A DNA stretch of 63,385 bases from a virus: positions 1 to 63,385 of IMG/VR virus record IMGVR_UViG_3300046533_000294; one strand, written 5' to 3'. The notes beneath the pieces are model-generated. The model made no database searches and was not told the origin of the DNA. It saw only the letters and a program-made list of their open reading frames with translations. A program made the translations under genes and the position numbers. Numbering within the stretch: the first letter of the stretch is position 1; every line of letters begins with the position of its first letter. Below are positions 17,452 to 27,993 of the stretch, in pieces.

Positions 17452-20186
17452 TCTGGAACGAAGATTTCGAGACGAACGCGATTGGCACAATCTTTTCTGG
17501 CGGGAATGCCTCGATCGACACCGTTGTCTTCAAAACTGGGGCCAAATCGGGCAAGTTCTCTGGTGATCCGGGTTACGGGCTCCACACCTGGGCTTCTGGC
17601 CCCATCACTGTATTCAAAGCTTGGATCCGCCTTGCATCCATTCCGAGTCAGGGCATTGAATTGATGACTTTGAACGGTGGCCCTCGTTTCGGTTACGACA
17701 TAGCTTCAAACAAGTTCGGATGGATCAATGGAACAGCACAAGTGATGGATCGCCTGTCTGCTGTTACGCCGGTAGCTGGACAATGGTATCTCTTGGAGTT
17801 CCGCGTCAATCAGTCCGCGAATCCGTGGGTGATAGACTACCAGATTGACGGCGTTCCCCAGACACAGATCACCTATGCCGTTGCTGCCTCAACAGTCAAC
17901 GCGATCTATCTCGGGCACACAACTGGGTTCTCGGTGTTCGTCACCCTTAACTGCGATGATGTACAGGCGTCTCAGACGGCGGCGGACTACCCGCTCAGCG
18001 TTGTTTCCAACACAGTGGTGTCTCCAGCAGCGGCATTCACTGCTAGATCCGTCGCTCCAGGCGTATCAGCCGACTGGCAAGTTGCGGCACCAGCGGCAGC
18101 CTTCACGGGGAGTTCTGTCGGCCCTACTCTATTCATCGGGACTAGCAACACGGTCGTAGCTCCACCGGCGACGTTCACTGGTAGTGCAGTTGCTCCGACT
18201 CTGATCGTCAGCGTTACGATCTCGGCTCCAGCCGCTACCTTCAACGCCAGCTCCGTCGCGCCACTTGTCTCGCGCACGGGACTAGTCATAGCCCCACCCG
18301 CGATCTTCACAAGCACGGCTGTTGCGCCACCAGTTTCAGGATCGGGGAACGTATCGGCCTCGCCAGCGACAACTAGCTTCACATCAGTCGCGCCGATCCC
18401 CACGGTGTCACTGACAATTTCAGCACCACCGGCGACTTTCTCAGCGTCGTCCGTCTCGCCGTTCCTGGGGCAGTCGCGGATCATTACGCCGCCAGCAGGG
18501 ATTTGGACAGCGACGGCTGTAGCTCCGGTAATCGGCAACACCGTGACGACAACTTGGCTGACAATCTCGAACGGAACATTCGAGACAGACGTATCCGGGT
18601 GGACTACCGCAGGTGGTTACTTCAACAATTCAGGAGCGACCTTAGCACGCGATGCAACGACAGCACATTCCGGCGTCGCATCTATGCTAATGACCACGGA
18701 TGGAGTCTCCGCTTCTGAAGGGTGTCGTTTCAGCATAAATATTGCTGCTGGAGTAACATACTTGTTCTCAGCTTGGCTAAAGGGGACAGGACAAGTTAAA
18801 CTAGCCGCAGGTGGTGGAGGCTTCACGCCGGTGGCAGGCCCTACCATTACTTTGACTCCAGCTTGGACGATGTATACGTTCGCCTGGACGCCAACAGCGA
18901 GTGGCCTCACGAACTTCACGATTGTCCAAGTGGGGCAAGGAGTCATCTCGGTCAACATCGATGATGTTTCTGTTGCACAGAACGTGTTTGCATCGATAGC
19001 ACCAACACTATCGGTTGCTGTTGCTGTACAAGCTACTCCTGCACTGGTGACGTTCTCATCCGTCGCACCAGCTATCAACTTCCCCAGCACCATAACGGCC
19101 TCACCGGCGGTAGCTACGTTCACTGCCATTTCTGCTGGGCTTTCACTTGGTGGTGGAGTTGTGCCCAACGCGGCAACGACGACATTCAGTTCAGTGGCGC
19201 CGATTCTTCAAGTCCCAAACACGATAGTCTCTCCGGTCGCAATATTCTCGGCTACAGCAGTTCCTCCGGTTCCGAGTGGGGCAGGGGCAGTGGCCGTCCC
19301 TCCAGCAGTCTGGACTGCGACAGTCGTAGCCCCGTCTCTCAGCCGGATTGCTACTGTACCAGCAGGAGTCTTTACTGCGGTGGTGATTGCTGGGAATCCC
19401 TCGCTCACAATCCCGGTGCCATTCGCCACGATGACGACTGTTAGCACTCCTCCGGCTATCGCTTTTGGAGCGAGTGTCACTATCGCAGCTCTGACCGTTA
19501 CCATGGCTGCGGTCGCTCCGACTCTGCTCGCTGGGCAGGGGGCCATTCTAACTCCGCAGGCAGCGATCTGGACGGCGACTGGCGTCGGGCCGTTCATCTT
19601 CATACACTCGTTCTATCCTGCGCCTCCGGCCCTCGCAACGTTCACGAGTGCCGCTCCGGGAGTTATCGCTGGGTCAGGGACTATCGTCGTTGTACCGGCT
19701 GCTACGGCTAGCTACGCTGCCGCTGCGCCGATCGTCGTTATCCCTGGCGGTGTTACAGTCCCGCCGGCATTGCTGACGATGTCAGCGCCTATCCCATCCC
19801 CAGGCATTGGCGAGTCCGTCACAGTTCCGGCGGGGGCATCAACTTTCGTGATAGTCTCTCCGGTGATCAATACCGGAACAATTGTCGGGGCTCCAGCCGG
19901 TGCTTGGCAGGCGACTTCGGCTACCCCCCAAGTCGCCATCCGGCTGGCTGCCCCGGCAGGGGTTGTTGCATACACCTCAACTGCTCCGACGGGCGGCGTG
20001 TTCCAGTTCGTGATCGCACCGATCGGCAAGGCGACTTTCCGATCAGTAGCACCATTGATCATCGGCGTCAGCGTCGGCACGGAGTTCACGTATACTCCGG
20101 GATCCATCTGGCAGCACTCGATGACTAGCGGCGATGCGATGCAGCCTCAGACCGGACGGATCGTTCAAACATACGAGAGGTTCTGA
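17430..20186 (+). CDS. Large fibre-like protein with lectin/CBM-like domains and A/P/V/T/S repeats
   Basis: NEDFE...GQWYLLEF (LamG-like); ISNGTFETDVSGW...YLFSAWLKG...IDDVSV (CBM4/9-like); same repeats as the upstream gene. Confidence 0.75.
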   Translation: MADVATLIWNEDFETNAIGTIFSGGNASIDTVVFKTGAKSGKFSGDPGYGLHTWASGPITVFKAWIRLASIPSQGIELMTLNGGPRFGYDIASNKFGWINGTAQVMDRLSAVTPVAGQWYLLEFRVNQSANPWVIDYQIDGVPQTQITYAVAASTVNAIYLGHTTGFSVFVTLNCDDVQASQTAADYPLSVVSNTVVSPAAAFTARSVAPGVSADWQVAAPAAAFTGSSVGPTLFIGTSNTVVAPPATFTGSAVAPTLIVSVTISAPAATFNASSVAPLVSRTGLVIAPPAIFTSTAVAPPVSGSGNVSASPATTSFTSVAPIPTVSLTISAPPATFSASSVSPFLGQSRIITPPAGIWTATAVAPVIGNTVTTTWLTISNGTFETDVSGWTTAGGYFNNSGATLARDATTAHSGVASMLMTTDGVSASEGCRFSINIAAGVTYLFSAWLKGTGQVKLAAGGGGFTPVAGPTITLTPAWTMYTFAWTPTASGLTNFTIVQVGQGVISVNIDDVSVAQNVFASIAPTLSVAVAVQATPALVTFSSVAPAINFPSTITASPAVATFTAISAGLSLGGGVVPNAATTTFSSVAPILQVPNTIVSPVAIFSATAVPPVPSGAGAVAVPPAVWTATVVAPSLSRIATVPAGVFTAVVIAGNPSLTIPVPFATMTTVSTPPAIAFGASVTIAALTVTMAAVAPTLLAGQGAILTPQAAIWTATGVGPFIFIHSFYPAPPALATFTSAAPGVIAGSGTIVVVPAATASYAAAAPIVVIPGGVTVPPALLTMSAPIPSPGIGESVTVPAGASTFVIVSPVINTGTIVGAPAGAWQATSATPQVAIRLAAPAGVVAYTSTAPTGGVFQFVIAPIGKATFRSVAPLIIGVSVGTEFTYTPGSIWQHSMTSGDAMQPQTGRIVQTYERF

Positions 20187-20917
20187 TGCCTTACTCGATC
20201 ACATTCGAGGACTACACCCCGCCACCGAAGTTCGATGGGCTGCCATGGACTGAGATCCACATTGAGGAGGCGCCAGTTACGACTGGGCCGTGGACTGAGA
20301 TCGATGTGCAGCCCATCGTTCCACTCGACTCCGATCCAACGGAACCGATGGCGCGTGCCTTCACCACGGACAACGCGACGCTCATCGCTGGCTGGTATCA
20401 GATCATCTTCCACGATGCCGCCGCGTCCACGGCAGTTCCCACGACTCCGATCCAGAATGTTCCTGTTGATACGATGCCCTATCTGCCAACCTTGGCAGAC
20501 ATCGGTGCGCTCATGCACGCTAGGACGCTCGACACGACTGGGAAAGAGATCGCCACCTTCAACAATAACACGCGACCGACTGGAGACGAAGTCAACCGCC
20601 TTATCCTCCAGGCATCCGACGACGTGACGACTGCGATCGACACCGACATCCCTGCGGGCGCGTACCGCTACGCCAAGCAAGCGATCATCTACCGCACAGC
20701 GATGCTAGTCGAGCTGGGTTACTGGCCGGAGCAGATCAACACCGGCCGCTCGCCCTATCCCCAATACTCGGATCTGTTCAACGCTTTCTTCATCAACCTA
20801 GAAAGCGCCGTCAGTCGAGAGCGCGAAGAAGCAATCTCTGGTGAGGACACTGGCAGTCCAGGAATGGCTGTCTACTCCTTCCCGCCCGGGCCTTGCGCAG
20901 GGAGCATCCGCTGGTGA
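20186..20917 (+). CDS. Head-tail adaptor (with N-terminal beta domain)
   Basis: PTLADIGALMHART...RPTGDEV...AMLVELGYWPEQ resembles actinophage adaptors; synteny. Confidence 0.6.
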   Translation: MPYSITFEDYTPPPKFDGLPWTEIHIEEAPVTTGPWTEIDVQPIVPLDSDPTEPMARAFTTDNATLIAGWYQIIFHDAAASTAVPTTPIQNVPVDTMPYLPTLADIGALMHARTLDTTGKEIATFNNNTRPTGDEVNRLILQASDDVTTAIDTDIPAGAYRYAKQAIIYRTAMLVELGYWPEQINTGRSPYPQYSDLFNAFFINLESAVSREREEAISGEDTGSPGMAVYSFPPGPCAGSIRW

Positions 20918-21558
20918 GCGCACTCACCTACAGCAGGTTCTCCGCCTCAAAGACAGAGATCGCAGCGATTGCTGCCAAGTACACCAAGATCGGTGAGAAG
21001 GTCGCCGACACGACTCCGGCTATGGATCTGATCGCAGACTATCTCCAGTTGATCTTCGAGAAGAACTTTGAGTCGTGGGGCAGGCGCAAGGGTGGATCTT
21101 GGCCAGCTCTGAAACAAGCAACGATCAAGAAGAAGCTAAGGCTGGTAGGTGCAGGTGGAGGGCATAGACTCCAAGGCGGGTATGCGTTCGGTGGAGGGTT
21201 CTTCATCCGGCCCAAAGGATCGAGTGGCGTCAAAGGTGTGTTCAGGCCTGCGCAAGGTGCCATCCATGTATACGAGCCTGTGCGCCTAACGGACAGATTG
21301 TTCAACGCTGCGAGTGGGAAGTCCTCCGAGACAGTCCGGCAGACGCTGCATAACAAGGCGCTGGTTGGAGTCGAAGGAATCCCGTACGCAAAGGTTCAGC
21401 GATTCGGTGGGGGCAACAAGATCCCGGCTCGTGACTACATGATGGTGGACGAGCAGGACAGGATCGAGATGCTGAGGATTCTGGAGACTTACATATTCCA
21501 GGTAACGATCGGCGGTCAGCGACGGCCCAAGGGACTGGGTGGCTTTGTCTTCGGTTGA
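20914..21558 (+). CDS. Virion morphogenesis / neck protein (Mu gpG-like)
   Basis: NFESWG...WPALKQAT, YAKVQRFGG..KIPARDYM. Confidence 0.7.
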   Translation: MSALTYSRFSASKTEIAAIAAKYTKIGEKVADTTPAMDLIADYLQLIFEKNFESWGRRKGGSWPALKQATIKKKLRLVGAGGGHRLQGGYAFGGGFFIRPKGSSGVKGVFRPAQGAIHVYEPVRLTDRLFNAASGKSSETVRQTLHNKALVGVEGIPYAKVQRFGGGNKIPARDYMMVDEQDRIEMLRILETYIFQVTIGGQRRPKGLGGFVFG

Positions 21559-22183
21559 TATCTTTCTACCCATCAAGGATGGGACGCAGGTTGAGGAGGC
21601 CGTCACTGAGCAGCTCGCTGCCTGGATGCCTGTCTATCTGCGCGAGCTAGAGATCCAGCGCGGTTGGCCTGCTGACAAGCATCTACCAGCTGTGCGATCG
21701 TACACAACGTTCAGCCGCCTCGATCACTTCGATGAGCAGCAGCTGCCCGGAGTCGTGGTGTACTCTCCTGGGCTCAATGGCGCTCCGAAGATGGAGGGCA
21801 ACGGCACCTACACGGCCGTCTGGAATATTAGTATTGCTGTCATAGTTTCAGCCATGGATCAAGCATCTACGAATACGTTGGCAAAAATGTACGCGGCTGC
21901 TGTGCGGAGCATCATGGTACAGAAGCCTAGTCTCGGTGGGTTTGCCGTTCATGTTGTCTGGCGAAACGAGAGCTATGACGATCTCGGATCGTCCGAAGGT
22001 GAACGGACATTCGCTGTCGGTGTTGGAGAGTTCGACGTGATGGTAGAGAATGTAGTCAACAAGATGGGAGGCCCGCGTACCTATCCATCCGCCGATCCGC
22101 CCGACCCGGTGCATCAGCCTGGCAGCCAGTGGCCAGAGGCGCAGGAAGTCGATGTCGATGTAGAGAAGGAAGGGGTGGCATGA
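21539..22183 (+). CDS. Tail completion/terminator protein
   Basis: Position before the sheath gene; LPGVVVY, YAAAVRSIM. Confidence 0.55.
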   Translation: MALSSVDIFLPIKDGTQVEEAVTEQLAAWMPVYLRELEIQRGWPADKHLPAVRSYTTFSRLDHFDEQQLPGVVVYSPGLNGAPKMEGNGTYTAVWNISIAVIVSAMDQASTNTLAKMYAAAVRSIMVQKPSLGGFAVHVVWRNESYDDLGSSEGERTFAVGVGEFDVMVENVVNKMGGPRTYPSADPPDPVHQPGSQWPEAQEVDVDVEKEGVA

Positions 22184-22365
22184 CGACAGTCAAGAACGTC
22201 GGCGCTCTGACTGACCTGGCCGATGGAAGCATCCTGGCGCCAGGAGAGACAAAGGACGTCACAGCGAAGTCGCTGGGCGACCCGTTCAACCAGCAGTTGA
22301 TCGAGGAAGGACGCATCATGGTCGTTTCCGAGGAGCCTAAGAGCAAGAAGGGTGGTGACAAATGA
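22180..22365 (+). CDS. Small pre-sheath protein
   Basis: SD, ATGA overlaps at both ends. Confidence 0.65.
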   Translation: MTTVKNVGALTDLADGSILAPGETKDVTAKSLGDPFNQQLIEEGRIMVVSEEPKSKKGGDK

Positions 22366-23810
22366 GCAGGCCGGGAGTCGAGATTGCCCTGTTGGAAGAG
22401 CCGCCCGCAAGGACTCCTCCAATCGACACGGGCGTCTTCTTTGCGGTTGGCCCAGCACAAAAAGGGCCGACCAATGCTGCAGCTTTCCTCCGCAGCATGT
22501 CTGAGTTCGAGTCCATCTACGGCGATCGCATGACCTACAGCTATCTGTGGGATGCGATGGACTGCTATTTCAGGGAGGGCGGAAGTCGAGCGTACATCAG
22601 CCGCGTCGTCGGGCCTGCTCCGATCAACGCCACTCACAACTTCAAGGACGCATCGAACGCCGATACGATGACGGTCACGGCGAACAGCCCTGGAGTCTGG
22701 GGCAACAACATCACCGTCCAGATCACTGCCGGTTCGGTTGGTGGTACATTCGTGGTCAACGTGTTCTACAACGGTTTGCTTGTAGAACTCTCGCCGGATC
22801 TCCTTGCCGGCACGGATGCCGTCAACTGGTCGCAGTCGTCCGAGTACGTCATCATCACGGACATCGCGGCCAGCACGCTGGATCCAGCCGTCGTCGCAGC
22901 GACTGCGCTTGTCGGCGGAACGGACGACAACACGAACATCGTCGAGAACAACTGGACGACGGCTTACACCCTGTTCGACAAGGGTCTGGGGCCAGGCCAG
23001 GTCGCAGCTCCAGGCCACACGACGCAGGCGGGACAGACGGCTCTGCTCGCTCACGCAGACGCCAACAACCGAGTTGCGCTCGTGGACGCCATCGACTCGG
23101 GATCGAAGGCAACTCTGAAGTCGGCAGCTGCCGCGCTACAGGGCGCGGTGCCAGGGAATCGTCACGCAGCTCTGTTCGCTCCGTGGGCGATCGTTCCGGG
23201 CATCGTCGCCGGCACTACCCGCATCGTTCCGTGGTCGGCTATCGAGGCCGGCATCATCTCGCGTAACGACGCAAGCATGAGCCCGAACATCGCAGCAGCT
23301 GGTCTGGCGAACGGTCAGAGCGTCTACGCGATCGGACTCAGCCAGCCGCCGTGGATCGACGCCGACCGTCAGGATCTCAACGCCTCGTCGGTCAACGTCG
23401 TCCGGGCGCTGTTCAACGGAATCATGGCATACGGGTTCCGTTCTCTCGTCAATCCTGGCGGCGATCCGAACTGGGTGCCGTTCAGCAACAGTCGCCTCTT
23501 CATGGCGATCGTCGCCGATGCGGACGCCATCGCCGAGCAGTACGTGTTCGCACAGATCGACGGCAAAGGTCTCACCTTCAAGCAGTTCGGCGGCGATCTC
23601 TCGGGCATGATGATGACGTACTTCAACGAGGGCTCGCTGTACGGCAGCACACCAGACGCTGCCTTCTACGTGGACACCGGCGACACGGTGAACACGCCGA
23701 GCACGATCTCCAACCTGGAGATCCATGCAGTGATCTCCGTCAAGATGAGCCCGTTCGGAGAACTGGTTCACATCGACATCGTCAAGAAGCTCGTAACCGA
23801 AGCCGTCTAG
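22362..23810 (+). CDS. Contractile tail sheath protein
   Basis: MSRPGVEI, FFAVG.AQKGP, YFREGGSRAYISRV, SPGVWGN, AALFAPW, C-terminal SPFGELVHI. Confidence 0.93.
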   Translation: MSRPGVEIALLEEPPARTPPIDTGVFFAVGPAQKGPTNAAAFLRSMSEFESIYGDRMTYSYLWDAMDCYFREGGSRAYISRVVGPAPINATHNFKDASNADTMTVTANSPGVWGNNITVQITAGSVGGTFVVNVFYNGLLVELSPDLLAGTDAVNWSQSSEYVIITDIAASTLDPAVVAATALVGGTDDNTNIVENNWTTAYTLFDKGLGPGQVAAPGHTTQAGQTALLAHADANNRVALVDAIDSGSKATLKSAAAALQGAVPGNRHAALFAPWAIVPGIVAGTTRIVPWSAIEAGIISRNDASMSPNIAAAGLANGQSVYAIGLSQPPWIDADRQDLNASSVNVVRALFNGIMAYGFRSLVNPGGDPNWVPFSNSRLFMAIVADADAIAEQYVFAQIDGKGLTFKQFGGDLSGMMMTYFNEGSLYGSTPDAAFYVDTGDTVNTPSTISNLEIHAVISVKMSPFGELVHIDIVKKLVTEAV

Positions 23811-23822
23811 GGGGTGAAGTAA

Positions 23823-24266
23823 ATGGCAACATCGCAAGGCGGGCCGACCAGGAAGGACACCTATGTCGTCACCGTCATCGTGGATGGCATCACGCTGCTG
23901 GAGCCGTTCGACAAGATGACAGGCGGGGATTTGGACTCAGACGAGTTCAAGTATTACCCCGGCGGCATGGTGCAGCCGATCTCTCTGGGCGGCAAGGTCA
24001 ACCCCAGCAACGTGGTCGTGTCTCGGTTGTATCGTCTGAACCGAGATCACACCAACTTGCAGCGACTCCTGAACGGGGTTGGCAAGGTCACGATGCGCGT
24101 TCTGAGGCAGCCTCTGGACATCGACGCCAACCCGTACGGGTCGCCGATCGTCTGGAACGGCATCCTCAAGCGAGTCACCGTGCCTGAGGTCGATTCGGAG
24201 TCCAGCGATCCAGGTCTGCTTGAACTAGAGATGACACCGGCGGGCAACCCGCACGTCGGCGGCTAA
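23823..24266 (+). CDS. Tail tube protein
   Basis: Follows sheath; KYYPGGM...SNVVVSR (gp19-like). Confidence 0.8.
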   Translation: MATSQGGPTRKDTYVVTVIVDGITLLEPFDKMTGGDLDSDEFKYYPGGMVQPISLGGKVNPSNVVVSRLYRLNRDHTNLQRLLNGVGKVTMRVLRQPLDIDANPYGSPIVWNGILKRVTVPEVDSESSDPGLLELEMTPAGNPHVGG

Positions 24267-24288
24267 ACGAGAACAGGGAGGGAGCGCC

Positions 24289-24855
24289 ATGCCAATGCCA
24301 GAAGACGAAACGAGGATCCAGCCCATTGTGGAGTCGGAGCAAGAGCTGGAGCCAGAGAACGGACTTGTCTCGGACGGCGTGCAGCGGAACATCATGGACA
24401 AGCTGCGCGCTGTCCGCGATGAGCAGACAGAAGGCATCACTTGCTTCATCACCGTCCCTGGTTACAATGGCCTGCTGAAAGCAGAGTACAGTGTCCTGCC
24501 GGCGAGAGAGATGAGCCAGATGGGCAAGAAGGTCGAGCGGCAGTTCAAGGACAACGCCGATCGTCAGCTACACGGGCTCATCGATGTACTCATCTCTGCC
24601 TGTCGAGGTCTGTACTACGTCGAGGACGACGATGGACTGACTCCGATTGACCCGGATGAGTCCGGCTATCCTCTCACCTACACCGACCCTCGCACTGCCA
24701 ATTACTTCCGACTGGGTGAAGCTCCGAGTGCAAGGGTCTGTTTGTTCGGGATCTTTCGCAACCAAGAGCCGAGCATCCTCGCCCACGGCATGAAACTGAG
24801 TCGTTGGTACGAGGATACGTCGAAAGATGTCGATGAGGGGTTCCTGGGGGAATAG
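24289..24855 (+). CDS. Tail assembly chaperone
   Basis: Between tube and tape measure; ends in GGGGGAA slippery site. Confidence 0.75.
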   Translation: MPMPEDETRIQPIVESEQELEPENGLVSDGVQRNIMDKLRAVRDEQTEGITCFITVPGYNGLLKAEYSVLPAREMSQMGKKVERQFKDNADRQLHGLIDVLISACRGLYYVEDDDGLTPIDPDESGYPLTYTDPRTANYFRLGEAPSARVCLFGIFRNQEPSILAHGMKLSRWYEDTSKDVDEGFLGE

Positions 24856-25058
24856 GTGCCAGCGACGAGATCACGCAAGCCGCACACATACTCCTCGCTG
24901 GCGGAGATCCTCTGCGGTGGCTCAACAGCGAAGATGCCTTCGAGACGAACATAATGTATCAAGTCGCTATCAAGGCAGTCGAGATGCAGCGCGAGGTCAT
25001 GTACGAGGATCTCGCACGTCGAATCGCAGCCAACGTGAGTAAGTTGTTCAAGAGGTAA
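24846..25058 (+). CDS. -1 frameshift extension of the tail assembly chaperone
   Basis: GGGGGAA at 24846-24852; -1 frame is open (GIGASDEITQAAHILLAGGDPLRWL...KLFKR) to TAA at 25058, 2 nt before the tape measure ATG. Confidence 0.7.
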   Translation, partial: GGIGASDEITQAAHILLAGGDPLRWLNSEDAFETNIMYQVAIKAVEMQREVMYEDLARRIAANVSKLFKR

Positions 25059-25060
25059 TC

Positions 25061-27268
25061 ATGGCCGGTACTACTGACCAGATGTTGATCGAGCAGATCA
25101 TCGTTGGCGGCGATAAGGTCGTTTCTACTCTCGCGGCCGAAGTCGCAGAGATGAAGGCACTGGAGCTGCAGAGTCTCAAGACTGCGGCGGGAGTAGGAGC
25201 GTCTCAGAAAAAGAGCTTCCTGCTCATGCAGACTCTCTTCACCGCTCGCCGCGTCTTGTACGGATTCTCGCTCGCGGTAGGCGCTACGGCGATCGGACTG
25301 CTCGATATGGGGTTCAAGTTCGACGTCATGATGCAGTCTTCGCAGCTCGCGTTCAGCGGCTTGCTACATTCGACGAGCCTGGCGAAGCAAGAACTCGACT
25401 TGTTGTTCCAGACGGCGGCACACTCGCCGTTCCTGTTCCAGAACCTGACACAGTCCGCTCGACTGCTGCTGGCGTTCGGGATGAACTTGAAGCAGACCAA
25501 CGCCGTAGTCATGTCGAGCGCAAACGCGCTCGCCTATTTCGGCAAGACCGGAGCTGATCTGGAGAACGTCTCGGCGACATTCGGCAAGATCTACCAGAGC
25601 GGATACTTGATGATGCGCCAGGTGAGGCAGCTAGTCGTCGCCGGCATCCCTGTCTTCCCGGCTCTGCGCAAGGAGCTGCACTTGACCGATCTCCAGGTTC
25701 AGCAGTTCATGGCTGGCAAGCTGAAGATCCCGTCCGACATCGGTATCCAGGCTTTGCTCAACTACATGAACAAGAACTTCGGCGACGGCATGCAGCGATT
25801 CAGCAAGACCTGGACTGGTCGCTGGACAACTCTCAAGGACTACACACAGATGCTCATCGGCGGACTGATCCAGGGGCCGTTCAACTCCATGCTGGCTCGA
25901 CTCGGCGTCATTAACGATGCCATGGCGAAGCTAATCGAGACATCCAAGACCAAGGGGTTTGGCGCGACGCTCCAGCAGCTAGACAGTATGCTGGGTGCAG
26001 GCGGAGGACTTGTTGGTGGGATCAATTTCCTTGTCATGGTGTTCAAGAGTCTCTGGAATATTCTCAAGCTGGTCTTCCCCGTCATGTGGAGCATGAGATA
26101 CATTTTCGTAGCTGCATTCGCACCTATTTACGCGCTTGCGGTAATCGTGTTGTGGTTGACTCAGCATGCGCTGCTGCCTCTCAAGGTCATTCTCTACCCG
26201 ATCGTGTTCGTGCTGCTTGTCCGCTACGTCATCTGGACGACGTACGCCTACATCGTGACGACGACGTATAAGGGAGCGGTGCTCCTGCTGAACATCGCGT
26301 TGAGCACCTACTACTGGATCCTGGGCAGATTGATCCTGGTCAAGCGCGCACTCGCACGCGCTACTGTTTTCCTCAACCTGGTGGAGAGGGTAGGCTGGCG
26401 CATGGCGATCCTGAACACCACGGCCGGCACCAGGTGGAATACGGCGTACAAGTATCTGGAGGCGCAGACCTGGCGACTCATCACTGCTCTCAGAGGACTG
26501 ACTCTCGCCGAGATTATCGCAGGTGGCTGGGTCGTCGTCATCATCCTAGCCGTGCTCGCTCTCTACGCTGCCTTCGCCTACTTCATGGTCAAGTCCAAGG
26601 CGTTCCGAGACTTCATGCTGCACTACGGTGGCTTCATCATGCTGTTCCTGGGGCCATTGGCAGTCGTCGGCACAGTCCTGCTCATCATCGGCTATTTCGG
26701 GAAGTTGAAGGCCGCATTCTTCGATCTAGTCAATTTCGTGAAGAGTCACTGGCTCGATCTGCTTCTGTTCTTCGCCACTGGAGGGCTCGGCAATATCCTC
26801 TACCACTTCTGGGATCCAATCAAGAACGGGCTCAGCGATGCCGTCAACTGGATGAAGGGGATCTTCACCGACCTGTTCAACTGGATCAAGAGCCAAGCCC
26901 AGGGCGCGCTCGATCCTCGAAACTGGATCCCATTCGGACTCGGATCTCTAGTCGGTGGCAAGGGCCACGTGGGCTTCAGTTGGACTGACTTGATCAAACT
27001 TCCATTCGCTGGGTTCTGGGCTGAGGGTGGCGTAACCAAGCAACACGGATATGCAGTTGTGGGCGAGCGTGGCCCGGAACTGGTCTGGTTGCCCGGAGGA
27101 GCAAATGTCCGCCCACTCGCGCCGATGCCGGCGGCGGCTGGCACCCAGCAGCTCCAGGCAGGCGGTGGCCCGAGACAGCTGACGGTTCACGTTCCAGTCA
27201 TGCTCGATAGTGGAGTTCTCGCTAACTCGACAGCCAAGCTGATGCTCGACCAGATGGCGAGGGCATGA
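25061..27268 (+). CDS. Tape measure protein
   Basis: AAHSPF...LLAFG tape-measure domain, hydrophobic segments, AEGG...VVGERGPELV. Confidence 0.9.
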   Translation: MAGTTDQMLIEQIIVGGDKVVSTLAAEVAEMKALELQSLKTAAGVGASQKKSFLLMQTLFTARRVLYGFSLAVGATAIGLLDMGFKFDVMMQSSQLAFSGLLHSTSLAKQELDLLFQTAAHSPFLFQNLTQSARLLLAFGMNLKQTNAVVMSSANALAYFGKTGADLENVSATFGKIYQSGYLMMRQVRQLVVAGIPVFPALRKELHLTDLQVQQFMAGKLKIPSDIGIQALLNYMNKNFGDGMQRFSKTWTGRWTTLKDYTQMLIGGLIQGPFNSMLARLGVINDAMAKLIETSKTKGFGATLQQLDSMLGAGGGLVGGINFLVMVFKSLWNILKLVFPVMWSMRYIFVAAFAPIYALAVIVLWLTQHALLPLKVILYPIVFVLLVRYVIWTTYAYIVTTTYKGAVLLLNIALSTYYWILGRLILVKRALARATVFLNLVERVGWRMAILNTTAGTRWNTAYKYLEAQTWRLITALRGLTLAEIIAGGWVVVIILAVLALYAAFAYFMVKSKAFRDFMLHYGGFIMLFLGPLAVVGTVLLIIGYFGKLKAAFFDLVNFVKSHWLDLLLFFATGGLGNILYHFWDPIKNGLSDAVNWMKGIFTDLFNWIKSQAQGALDPRNWIPFGLGSLVGGKGHVGFSWTDLIKLPFAGFWAEGGVTKQHGYAVVGERGPELVWLPGGANVRPLAPMPAAAGTQQLQAGGGPRQLTVHVPVMLDSGVLANSTAKLMLDQMARA

Positions 27269-27993
27269 TGGCGTCTCCGCAACAGTACATTACGATCCGA
27301 TCCGCGAGCGGCTCCGTCTCGGCTCTGCTCGATGACACGACGCCAACGGTCACGGACGGTTATGGTGGCTGGCAGGAAGTCCAGCGCGCTCGCCGGACAG
27401 CCTACGTTGATTGGCCGGGGAAGAACGCGCTCAAGATGCAGATTGGCATTGTGTTCGATGGCTTCGCTGCCGACAAGGATGTGTCTGGTCAAGTCAAGAC
27501 GCTAGAGAGCATGGCTCTGCCGATCGACGGGACACTCGCTCCTCCACATGTCACCCTCGCTGGGTTCGTACCACATACAGATCTGACATGGGTTATCGAC
27601 ACCATCACCTGGGGAGATACCAACAGGAACGAGAAGGGCATCCTGGTTCGGCAGAAGTTGACCATCATGTTCTGGCAGTATGTGCCCGAGGACATCATCG
27701 TGAAGTCTCTGGCTAGTAAGACTCGCGCATCGTCCAAAGCCAAGAGCACCGCCTCGAAGGGCACGCCCACGCGCAGCTACAGCCGGACGACATACGGTTA
27801 CAGTCCTTCAACTACCTCGACTGCCGTGGCCACGACTCTCTACGTCGCCAAGGCAGGCGACACCCTGAACTCGATCGCAGCGAAGCAGCTTGGCGACTAC
27901 AAGCGATGGACGGAGATCGCCGACTTGAACAATCTAACTAACCCATTCACGCCATTCAAGGGTGGAGAGAAGCTCAAGGTGCCGATCAGCTAA
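27265..27993 (+). CDS. LysM-domain baseplate/tube initiator protein
   Basis: C-terminal YVAKAGDTLNSIAAKQLGDYKRWTEIADLN. Confidence 0.85.
   Translation: MMASPQQYITIRSASGSVSALLDDTTPTVTDGYGGWQEVQRARRTAYVDWPGKNALKMQIGIVFDGFAADKDVSGQVKTLESMALPIDGTLAPPHVTLAGFVPHTDLTWVIDTITWGDTNRNEKGILVRQKLTIMFWQYVPEDIIVKSLASKTRASSKAKSTASKGTPTRSYSRTTYGYSPSTTSTAVATTLYVAKAGDTLNSIAAKQLGDYKRWTEIADLNNLTNPFTPFKGGEKLKVPIS

Noticed and set aside
22056-23837. Long antisense ORFs over the sheath gene and other structural genes
   Set aside because: Expected by-product of high GC3 codon bias; no motifs or SD.
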